Source of the DNA: Elusimicrobiota bacterium
Lineage (GTDB): Bacteria; Elusimicrobiota; Elusimicrobia; UBA1565
Reading direction: 5' to 3'
NCBI GenBank assembly: GCA_043819795.1
Contig: JBDREN010000038.1
Span: 1 to 25,482 of the forward strand
DNA: 25,482 bases
The first letter of the stretch is position 1. The number at the start of each line of letters is the position of its first letter. Shown here one piece after another: positions 1 to 8,400 of the stretch. The notes under the pieces were generated by a model. It was given only the letters and a program-made list of their open reading frames with translations. It did no database searches and was not told where the DNA came from. Position numbers and translations under genes: made by a program.

Positions 1-1
1 A

Positions 2-718
2 GGCGTCCTCATCGATCGTGTCGGCGTCGTCGGCGGCCACGGGCGCGTCGTTGACCGGCGTGATCGTGATCGTCACGGTCGCTCCGTCGGAATCGGTCGT
101 CCCGTCGCTGGCCTTGAAGGTGAAGCTGTCCGAGCCGTTCGCGTTCTCCGCGGGGGTGTAGGTGAGCTCCGGAGCAGTGCCGGTGAGCTCCCCTTTCTCG
201 GGCCCGGTCAGGACCGTATAGCCGAGCGTCTGGGAATCGATGTCCGAGGCCGTGAGCGTTATCGCGGCCGCCTCGTCCTCGTTGGTCACGACCTCCTGGC
301 CGTGGGCGGTCGGCGGGTCGTCGACCGTATTGATCGTCACGGTGAAGGACCGCGGCTCGGACACTTCCCCTTTATCGTCCCGGACCTCGATGGTCACCAC
401 GGCCGAGCCGGAGAACTCCCGTCTCGGATGTACGTGCACGGTGTTGTCGTGGGCCTGCTCGTTCCCGCGCAGGGCGAATGCGCCGCTGTCCGGGTCCTCG
501 CCGAGGGTCGCTGTCGGGATATCCGCCTCTCCGCCGGTCGAGCCGTCCGAGAGCCCGAGCGCGTCGATGACCTCGGCCATATTGACGATCCGAAACTCGA
601 GAGTCTCCATCGGAGAGTCGTCGGTAACAAACTCGCGCAGATCGCTGGGCCCCGGATGGAGGGCGTTGTCCTCGTCCACGGTTAGGTCCGGGAGCTCGGC
701 CAGGACCGGCGCCGCGTT
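2..718 (-). repeat. Cadherin-like / Big_9 (tandem-95-type) Ig repeats within the 2-4081 CDS
   Basis: Repeated motifs: [47 protein letters not shown]...[22 protein letters not shown]...[17 protein letters not shown]...IDED. Confidence 0.8.
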
Positions 719-3700
719 GCAGTCCGGATCTTCCGTTCCCGCCACTTCCTCACACCATTGCTCCGCGGTGCACTGCCCGTCCTCGCCGCAATCGCACAGG
801 TCGCCCGTCCCGTCTTCGTCCACATCCGCCTGATCCGCGTTGGCGATCGTCGGGCAGTTGTCGCAGGCGTCGCCAAGCGAGTCCGAGTCGCCGTCCTCCT
901 GCTCGGTGTTGGCCGCGGCCGGGCAGTTGTCGTCGGCGTCGGGAATCGCGTCCTCGTCCGCGTCGGCAACGGTAAACGCGGCCGAGTCCGAGGCCGCGGC
1001 GCCGGTGACGTCCTCGACCGCCGCGGTGAGGGTGTGCGCGCCCCCGGCGAGCCCCGACAGCGCGAAGGCCGCGCTGCTTGAGAATACCTGGCCGACCACC
1101 GGCTCGCCGTCCAGGCTGACCGCCAGACTCTGGGCGGAGCCTTCGCCGCTGAAGGATACCGCCGCCTCCATAGAGGAGGCGTTGACGGACGAGCCGTCCA
1201 AGCCGTTGAGGATGGACACCGTGGGCGGCGCGCTCCCAAGCGGCAGGAAGTCCGTGTGGATGCCGGCGGCGTTCTCAGCCCTGACGCGGGCGTGGTACGT
1301 GTGGGTCGAATACAGGCCCTCGAAGAGAGCGCTCAGGGCGTAGGTCGCGGAGGCCGCGGCCACTTGCGTGATCGTCGGGAAGTCCGACGTGGCGAGCTCG
1401 ACCGAGTAGAGGGTGCCATCCGGATTGTACCCGCCCTCCTCGGTGCCCGGGGCCCAATTGAGCGTGAGGCCGGTCTGCGAAACATTCGTGAAGGCCGCGG
1501 TCTCGGCCGGCGGAGCGGGCGGGACGGCCAGCGTGTGCGCGGAGCCTAGGTCCGTGAAGTCGCTGAAATCGGAGATGGATCCGAGGAACACGGCCACGCG
1601 GGCGTAGTGCAGGACGTTGGCGTCCAGGTTTTCGAACGCGGCGCTCAGGTTCTTGGTCTCGCTGGAGGCCAGCACCGACGAGAATCCCGGGTCGCCCGAG
1701 ATCTCGGCCCGATAGACCGCGCCCGGCGGATTGCCGTTGGCCGTCCAGCGGGCCCTCAGCGAGGCCGGCGCCTCCGCCGTCAGGGGAGGCTCGCCCGGAG
1801 CCGGGGCCAGGTAGTCGGGCGTGAAGATGTAGCCCAGGAGCGAGAAGCCGGAGCCGGCGCCGCTCTGGTTCAAAGCCTGCACCCGCACATAATAGGTGGT
1901 GCGCGGAGCCAGAGTCGTGAACGAGGACTCCAGGCTCAGCGTGGTGGAGGATGCGGCCAGGGGGGAGAAATCGGGCGAGACGGAAGCCTGCGCCTGGTAC
2001 AAGGTGCCCTCAGGATTGCCTCCGGAGGCCCAAGCGGCCCTGAATCCGCGCACCGTCGGCTCGGTGAGCTCGCCGGGCTCGGGGATGGCCGCGGCCGTGA
2101 GCCCGGAAGCCGAGTCGTGGCTTAGCGACTCCACGCCCGTTTCGGGGTTCTTCGCCAAGCCGGACACCACGAGCGGCGTGTTGGGGGGAAGCCCGGTGAA
2201 CGTGAATTGCGAGGTAAAGGGATCGAAGAAGGGCGAGCTGGCCACCACGTTCCCCTGGGGGTCGCTCAGCAGCACCTGCGTCTCGGCCGGCAGGCGGTTG
2301 TTGCCCGGCGTCCAGTCCACCTTCAGCGAGCCCGGACCAAGCGCGACGGTCTGGAAGGCGCGCATGGAGTTGGGCCGCGTGTAGCCCGCGGCCGCGTTCG
2401 ACATCTCGGACATGCCGCCGCCCGTGTCCTGCGTGAACAGGCGGACGTAATAGGTGGTGTTCCCGATGAGGTCCCGCAGGACGTAGGTCTGCGGGTCGCC
2501 GACCGACGTGGCCGTGGAGAAGTTCATCTGCGCCGAGGAGGGCTCGAAGACGGCCTCCGGGTCCTCCTCCCGCTGGAACATGTAACGCCCGCCGAAGATG
2601 TCGCCCTCATCGCCGTCCTCGCCCGGCGACGTCCAATCGAGCGCGAGCTGCCCGCCTTCCGACGCCGTCCGCGCCGACAGATCGTCGACCGTGCCCGGCG
2701 GCTCGTCCAATGCCCGCTGGTCGAAGTTCACCGTGTAGTCCCCGGGCGCCACGTCGAAATCGAGGATGTGCAGGCGGTAGCTCAGGCTCCGGCTGTTCTT
2801 GTTGAAGTGCTTGGCGATCCATACGTTGCGAGGATTGAGCCCCCGGCCGTCCGGTCGCGTCACGCTGACCAGCGGCACCGCCCGGCCGCTGTAGAGCGGC
2901 GCCGGGGCCGAGGTGTGCACGAACTGATTCCCGCCCACCGCGTCGAGCAGGCGCAGCTTCAATACCGGGCTCGGCCCGGACAAGGCCCCCACCAGCTCCG
3001 AGGCCACGTTCACCACCGGGATCGGCTCCGATTGGTCGGACTCGAGGATCACGTCCGGCTCCGCCTCACGGCCCTGGTCGAACCACTCCTCCATCACGGA
3101 CCGCGGGGTCGTGGTGTTCACCAGCATGTCGAACTGGTCGTCCCGGCCCGGGAAGTCCACCAGGACGTCCTTTATAAGCGTGTGGGTCGTCACGCTCTCG
3201 ATCAAGGACGTCAGCTGCCCGCCCAGCTCCGCGGCGTGGGAGAACGAGGCCGTGAACTCGATGAACCTCCCCGAAAGCGACGTCGTCATGATCCACGCCG
3301 CCGGCTTCGCCTTGTTCGGCTCGATGTCGCCGAACGGGATCAGCAGGGTGTTCGGGACGGTCTCGGTGCCCACGTAGGTCCCGATCAGCTTGAAGTCGAT
3401 GAGCAGGCCCAGCTTGTTCTCCACGATCTTCGGCTGGCCCGACTCGATCTTGAATTTCCGGGCGGTGCCGTAGCCCACGTTGTTGACGCGCACGCCCAGG
3501 AAGAACGGCTCGATCGGCTCCACCTCCGGCGTCAGCGGCTCGTCGCCGAACACCTCGAAGGGGAGCACGTACTCCAGGCGGATCGAGGGCTGCGGCTTGA
3601 CCGTGATGAAATCGTCGAACGTCGTCTCCTCCTGCGGAACGCCCAGCGCCAGATACGAGATCCGCGCGCTCACCGCGTAGCGCAGCCCCGCCGGGTTCAC

Positions 3701-4081
3701 CCCCCCGGCCCCAGTGGAGGGGATGATCAGGAAGTGGATCACGCCCTGCGTCTGCGGCTGCACGATCCCCGTCCCGTCCACCGCGTTCACGTTCTCCAGA
3801 TCGCTCACCTTCACGAAGAACAGCCCCTCCGCCGGCTCGCCCGCCTCGTCGCGGATGAGCACCTCCACCTGAAGGTTCTGGATCGGGTCGTCGGGAAGGT
3901 TGTTGTTGAGCGCCAGCCGCGCGTCGAACGCCTCGCGCTCCAGCGTGGCCTCCTGGATGATCTCCAGCTTCACCACCGCGCAGATCGTCTGCGCCGCCGC
4001 CCGGGCGGCCAGAAGCAGCGCGTACGCCGCCAACAGCGACGCCGCCAGCCTCAGCACGCCCCTCCTCGTCCTAGTTGACAT
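2..4081 (-). CDS. Large secreted Ig/FN3/thrombospondin type-3/cadherin-like (Big_9) repeat protein, 3'-truncated by the window edge (at least 1360 aa)
   Basis: Absent from the ORF track because it has no stop in the window. Manual translation from ATG 4081 gives [58 protein letters not shown]... and ends ...[22 protein letters not shown] at position 2. The frame is consistent at both ends (1360 codons). It has a signal peptide, an SD-like GAGGA 8 nt upstream, and an 11-nt overlap with the rhodanese gene end. Confidence 0.93.
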   Translation of the reverse strand, partial: MSTRTRRGVLRLAASLLAAYALLLAARAAAQTICAVVKLEIIQEATLEREAFDARLALNNNLPDDPIQNLQVEVLIRDEAGEPAEGLFFVKVSDLENVNAVDGTGIVQPQTQGVIHFLIIPSTGAGGVNPAGLRYAVSARISYLALGVPQEETTFDDFITVKPQPSIRLEYVLPFEVFGDEPLTPEVEPIEPFFLGVRVNNVGYGTARKFKIESGQPKIVENKLGLLIDFKLIGTYVGTETVPNTLLIPFGDIEPNKAKPAAWIMTTSLSGRFIEFTASFSHAAELGGQLTSLIESVTTHTLIKDVLVDFPGRDDQFDMLVNTTTPRSVMEEWFDQGREAEPDVILESDQSEPIPVVNVASELVGALSGPSPVLKLRLLDAVGGNQFVHTSAPAPLYSGRAVPLVSVTRPDGRGLNPRNVWIAKHFNKNSRSLSYRLHILDFDVAPGDYTVNFDQRALDEPPGTVDDLSARTASEGGQLALDWTSPGEDGDEGDIFGGRYMFQREEDPEAVFEPSSAQMNFSTATSVGDPQTYVLRDLIGNTTYYVRLFTQDTGGGMSEMSNAAAGYTRPNSMRAFQTVALGPGSLKVDWTPGNNRLPAETQVLLSDPQGNVVASSPFFDPFTSQFTFTGLPPNTPLVVSGLAKNPETGVESLSHDSASGLTAAAIPEPGELTEPTVRGFRAAWASGGNPEGTLYQAQASVSPDFSPLAASSTTLSLESSFTTLAPRTTYYVRVQALNQSGAGSGFSLLGYIFTPDYLAPAPGEPPLTAEAPASLRARWTANGNPPGAVYRAEISGDPGFSSVLASSETKNLSAAFENLDANVLHYARVAVFLGSISDFSDFTDLGSAHTLAVPPAPPAETAAFTNVSQTGLTLNWAPGTEEGGYNPDGTLYSVELATSDFPTITQVAAASATYALSALFEGLYSTHTYHARVRAENAAGIHTDFLPLGSAPPTVSILNGLDGSSVNASSMEAAVSFSGEGSAQSLAVSLDGEPVVGQVFSSSAAFALSGLAGGAHTLTAAVEDVTGAAASDSAAFTVADADEDAIPDADDNCPAAANTEQEDGDSDSLGDACDNCPTIANADQADVDEDGTGDLCDCGEDGQCTAEQWCEEVAGTEDPDCNAAPVLAELPDLTVDEDNALHPGPSDLREFVTDDSPMETLEFRIVNMAEVIDALGLSDGSTGGEADIPTATLGEDPDSGAFALRGNEQAHDNTVHVHPRREFSGSAVVTIEVRDDKGEVSEPRSFTVTINTVDDPPTAHGQEVVTNEDEAAAITLTASDIDSQTLGYTVLTGPEKGELTGTAPELTYTPAENANGSDSFTFKASDGTTDSDGATVTITITPVNDAPVAADDADTIDEDA
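719..964 (-). repeat. Thrombospondin type-3 (Ca-binding) repeats plus a small Cys-rich module
   Basis: [58 protein letters not shown] matches the TSP3 pattern DNCPxxxNxxQxDxDxDxxGDxCD twice. It is followed by [13 protein letters not shown]...EDPDC. Confidence 0.88.
1230..2710 (-). repeat. Tandem fibronectin type III-like domains (about 5) within the 2-4081 CDS
   Basis: Recurring elements: [46 protein letters not shown]...[37 protein letters not shown] and [15 protein letters not shown]. Confidence 0.8.
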
Positions 4082-4880
4082 CAAGACTGTCCTCGACCCC
4101 CGCGCCCACCTCAACGGGATAGCCCAGCGAGCCCCACACCGCCAGACCGCCGGAGAGCTCGATCACGTCGAAGCCCTCGTCCTTGAGCATCCGCGCGGCC
4201 TTGCGCCCGCGATCGGGCAGTCGGTCGTAGACCACCCAGGGCTCCGTATAGGAAAACTTGTGCAGCCGCGCCTGGATCTCCTCCAACGGCACGTTCAGCG
4301 CCCCCGGAAGATGCCCTGCCTTGAAATGCCGCCACGGCCGCGAGTCCAGGACGCGCACCTCCCCGGCCTCCAGTCGCTCGCGCAGCTTCATCGGCGAGAT
4401 CCGGGGCACCTTCTCCTGCTCGAATCCTTTGGGAGCGTCCGCCGGACCAGACACCAGAGGGTAGCCGCGCTTCACCCATTCCGTCAGCCCGCCCTCCAGC
4501 ACGCGTACGTTCTTGCGCCCAGCCTTCCACAGAGCCTCGGCCGTGTCCTCGCTCAGGCGGCAGGTACCCCCGGGGCAGTAGAGCACCAAAAGCTCCTTGT
4601 CCGGCAGCTCCGCGTCCCGGATCACGGTGTACGGGATGTTCACCGCCCCCTCGATCCGCCGCGTCACGAAAGCGGCCGGGGCCCGCACGTCGATGAGCGC
4701 CAGCGTGTCGTCCTCGGGATCCAGCATCGCCGCGCGGACGTTGTCCGCGGAGATGGCCGGGACCCCCGCCGCGGGCTTCTCCGCCTTGGGCTCCTCCGCG
4801 GCCAGCGCGGCGGCGCAGGCCGCCAGCAGGAGCAGACCTGCCAAGGTCGTCCGGATCCCGGTTTCCGTTCGCATCATCAT
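4071..4880 (-). CDS. Exported tandem rhodanese-like domain protein (269 aa)
   Basis: Two rhodanese repeats: [22 protein letters not shown]...VLYCPGGTC...[17 protein letters not shown] and [22 protein letters not shown]...VVYDRLPDR...[15 protein letters not shown]. The hydrophobic leader is [18 protein letters not shown]. Three consecutive ATGs make the exact start uncertain. Confidence 0.93.
   Translation of the reverse strand: MMMRTETGIRTTLAGLLLLAACAAALAAEEPKAEKPAAGVPAISADNVRAAMLDPEDDTLALIDVRAPAAFVTRRIEGAVNIPYTVIRDAELPDKELLVLYCPGGTCRLSEDTAEALWKAGRKNVRVLEGGLTEWVKRGYPLVSGPADAPKGFEQEKVPRISPMKLRERLEAGEVRVLDSRPWRHFKAGHLPGALNVPLEEIQARLHKFSYTEPWVVYDRLPDRGRKAARMLKDEGFDVIELSGGLAVWGSLGYPVEVGAGVEDSLDVN
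4090..4094 (-). promoter_or_regulatory. Putative Shine-Dalgarno site for ATG 4081
   Basis: The minus strand reads GAGGA-cagtcttg-ATG (8-nt spacer). The site lies inside the 3' end of the rhodanese gene, consistent with translational coupling. Confidence 0.55.
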
Positions 4881-4904
4881 AAGCGTCTTCGGCTCAAAAC
4901 TTCG

Positions 4905-5423
4905 TCAATGGCAGAACAGTTCCCTATAGCGGTCAGCGAAGGCGTCTCTCCTGCCCTCGTCGACGTACGTGACGCTGTCCGCATCATCTATCCAAAAGAA
5001 GCCATTGGCATAATGTATTTCGAATTTTGCATCCACCGCGTCTGGGTCATAGAAATACTTACCGACGAAAGGGAGATGCGAAAGCGTATTGGTCCATAGC
5101 TTGCTGACGTGGAATATCTCACCTGCCTCCTGCGCGCCCAAGTAGCCAGCGTTACCATAAGCATAGGTGCACGCGTACCCCGCGATGTAATTGCCGAACT
5201 GTCCTGCGGTGAGCTCTTGGCCATTGACCGTAAACTTGAGATCCTTGTAGTTGGCCTTCTTCATGAAATCGTATTTCATGTTGCCTCCGTGCGCTGCATA
5301 CGCCTTCTTTGCGACCTCTTTCAATCCCTCGGCGCCGCCGACATCCTGACTAGCCTCCCTGAGGAACTCTTTCGTCGTGCGTTCGTCGAAAACTCCGTTT
5401 AACGCTTCCTCGGGTCCGGGCAT
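4905..5423 (-). other. C-terminal polymorphic-toxin-like tip (172 aa), Ntox44-like (predicted RNase family)
   Basis: Begins right after the RHS core end (NNPLGWTDSFGL|MPGPEE). It contains KYDFMK, FGNYIAGY and DDADSVTYVDEG, which resemble the DxK, GNxxxG and DxxxD motifs described for Ntox44. The first and last motifs match imperfectly. Confidence 0.6.
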
Positions 5424-8400
5424 CAATCCAAACGAATCCGTCCAGCCGAGGGGATTATTGAATACGTAGGCGTAGGGGTTGGTGAAGAATACCATGTCTT
5501 CCTGGATGAATCGCCCGATGTTCGGGTCATAGTATCGTTCCCGATAGTAGTAGATGCCCGCGTCTGCCTCCAGCTCGCGTCCGGTGAAGGCGAAGGGGTT
5601 GCCGACCGTCGACGCGGCCGAGACGTTCCCGGACGCCTCGTCGTGGAACACGGCTCTCCCGAAAGCGTCGTAGAACACACGCTCCACCACGTCCCCCTGG
5701 GCGTTGGTCAGGGCCACGGGGCTGTGGAGACCGTCGAGATGGTAGAAGAAGTCCTGTCCGCCCCTGCGCATGATGAGCGGCTGCTCGCCGCCATGGATAT
5801 ACGTGAACAAGGCCTCGAGCTGATTGTCGCCGTCGAGGATGGCCAGGATGTCGGCCCCATCGTACACGTACCGGGAGATCTCCGTATCCGTCCCCCGGGT
5901 CACGGTCCTTTCGGATCTTCGACCGAAGACGTCGTAGCGGTAGGATATGACGGTCCCGTCGGGCAGCTCGATCCGCGTGAGCCGGTCCTGGCTGTCGTGG
6001 GAGTAGTTGGTGGAGCCTCCCCCGGACCGGCTCGTCTTCCGGGTCAGGTTGCCGCTCGCGTCGTAGCTGTAGTCGAACTCGGCGTCCTGGAGGTTGCGGT
6101 TCGCGTCGTCGTAGAGGTAGCCGGACCCCCGCGCGTCGGCCACGCGGTTGCCCGCGGCGTCGTAGGCGAAGGTCTCGTTCAAGAAGGGCAGCTGCGTGTC
6201 CGCGGGGTGGGACGCCGAGGTCAGGCGGTGGATCTCGTCGTAGCTGAAGCCATGCGTCCCCGAAGTGTCCCGCAGGCTGACCCGGTTGCCCGCGTTGTCG
6301 TAGCCGTACTCGGCGAACGCCAGGGCCGTGGTCCCTTTCCGGTGCAGGATCTGGCGGATGCGTCCTCCGGCGTCGTAGGAGTAGTTGGTCGCGGTCCCGT
6401 TGGGGAGCTCGATGCTCGTCCTCTTGTCCCGGCTGTCGTAGGTGAAGAGGACGGTCTGGCCATAGGGATTGGTGATCGAGGTCAGCCGGTCGAGGGCGTT
6501 GTAGGAGTAGGAATACGTTCCCCACGGAGTGGTCAAGCCGGTGCGGTTCCCGTTCGCGTCGTAGCTGTAGGAAAGCGAGACGCTCAAGCCGCCGGGCAGG
6601 GTCTCCTGCATGCCGGCCCGCAGGCCCGCCGAGTCGTAGGTTTTGTTCGCGGTCGAATCCGGTCCGGAGGCCCGCGTCAGCTTGCCCCCGGCGTTGTATT
6701 CGAGGATGGTGTCTCCCTCCGGTCTCCGCTGGGCCGTGATGCGGTCGCGCTGGTCGTACTCGAAAGAGACGGACTGCCCGCGGGCGTTCGTCGCCGAGGT
6801 CAGGGCGCCGGTCTCGTCGTAGGTGAGGCTTTCGCCTTGGCCCAGGGGGTTGGTGGTCCAGGTGCGCCGGCCCCGCGAGTCGTGGCCGAAGCGGGTGACC
6901 TTGTCCCGGGGGTCGGTGATCTCGGTGAGGATGGGCCTGCCTGCCGCGAAATCGTAACCGAACCGGGTGACGTTGCCGCGAGCGTCCGTCACGGAGGTTA
7001 CTCCCCCGAACTCGCTGTAGGTCGTCTTGGTCGCCTTCCCGGCGTTGTCGATGGCCTCCGTGACCCGTCCGAGCGTGTCGCGTATCAATACCACCTTTTC
7101 GCCGAGAGGGTCCGTCATCGAGCTCAGCTGCCCTTGCGGATCGTATGTGAAGTCGGTCCGGTTCCGGTTCGCGTCCCAATGCGAAACGGGTCGGCCGCCC
7201 TCGTCGTATGCTATCTCCTTGATGCTGCCCAGGGCGTTCTCCACCTTCCTCAAGCTCCCCCGGCTGTCGTAGACGAGGGCCGTCTTGTTCCCCTTGGGGT
7301 CGGTGATGCTCGTCAGCCTGTTGCGGTCCGGCTCGTAAGTGTACCGCGTGAGCCCACCTTTGGGATCGGTGGCCGACGTGACGTTGCCTCGCGTGTCATA
7401 GGTGAACCGCGTGGTGCTGCCCGAGGGGCCCGTTATGGCGGTCTTGTTGAGCTGGTCGTCGTAGACCACCTGCGGCTGCCAGGCCGAATCGCCCGTTACG
7501 CTCGCCAGCGCCTTCCTGCCGCTCTTCTCGACGTATTCGAAGGTCTTCTGGTTCCCGGAGGCGTCGGTGGTCACCGTCTTGGACGCCGCCGTGTCGTAGG
7601 AGACCGAATACAGGGTGCTTCCCGCGGAGTCCGCCAGCGAGCTCACCCGGCCCGCGCTGTCGTAGGCGACCGCCATGCTCCTTCCGCCCCAGCCTTTGGC
7701 GATCGATGTCATCCTGTGGTCGGTGTCGTAGCCGAACGTGTCCTCGCGGCCTTCCGGGGTGGTGATGGCCAACATGTCCCCGTTCGAGCCGTAGTCGAAC
7801 GTTTGGGCTCTGCCGTCGGAAGTGGCTACCCGATGCAGCCTGTCCTGCGTGTCGTATTCGAAGCTGAGGGAGTCCCCGGACGAGCCCCTGGCCTCGATGA
7901 GCTTGCCGGCCGAATACGCGAGCTCGGTCGAGCTGCCGTTCGCGCTCGTTATCAGGGTCGGCCGGAACTTGGTCCCCGACTTGTCGAAGCGCGTGGCCTG
8001 GCCGTTGGGACGGGTCAGCTCCAGTATCTCGGGCGTCCCGTCCGGCGCGGTCTGGACCACGGACATCGCGTCGGACGCCCCGAGGGGAGGCACGAAGACC
8101 TTGCCGCCCACCGCCGGCTGGAAGAGCTTCTGGCCCCCGCCGGGGTTGACGTAGGTCATGGCTCCGGAATCACCCATGAAGACGGCCGAGTTGAAGTTGT
8201 GCGACCAGCCGGCCCCGAGGCCGGAGCCCAGGAGATTCTCGGCCTCCTTCAGTATCTTGGAGTTGAACATGGGTATGAATTTCAGGGAGTCCATCAAGCT
8301 CGGATCCATCGGCCTGGTCAGCATTTCCGGGCCTTCGTATATCCAATTCCCGCCGAACGGCTCTATGAAAGCCTCCTCCAACATCTCTTCCCAGTCTATG

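Noticed and set aside
2207..4078. 623-aa plus-strand ORF and other small ORFs over 240-3680
   Set aside because: Shadows of the real minus-strand CDS 2-4081. They are Arg-, Ser- or Ala-biased and lack motifs.
4881..4904. Terminator or promoter in the only intergenic gap
   Set aside because: The gap is 24 nt with no convincing hairpin plus U-tract or promoter motif, consistent with read-through.
3900..5402. ORFs overlapping the toxin tip (3900-5099 +, 4988-5224 -, 5109-5402 +) as a hidden immunity gene
   Set aside because: They overlap well-supported CDSs and show no immunity-like features or independent coding evidence.
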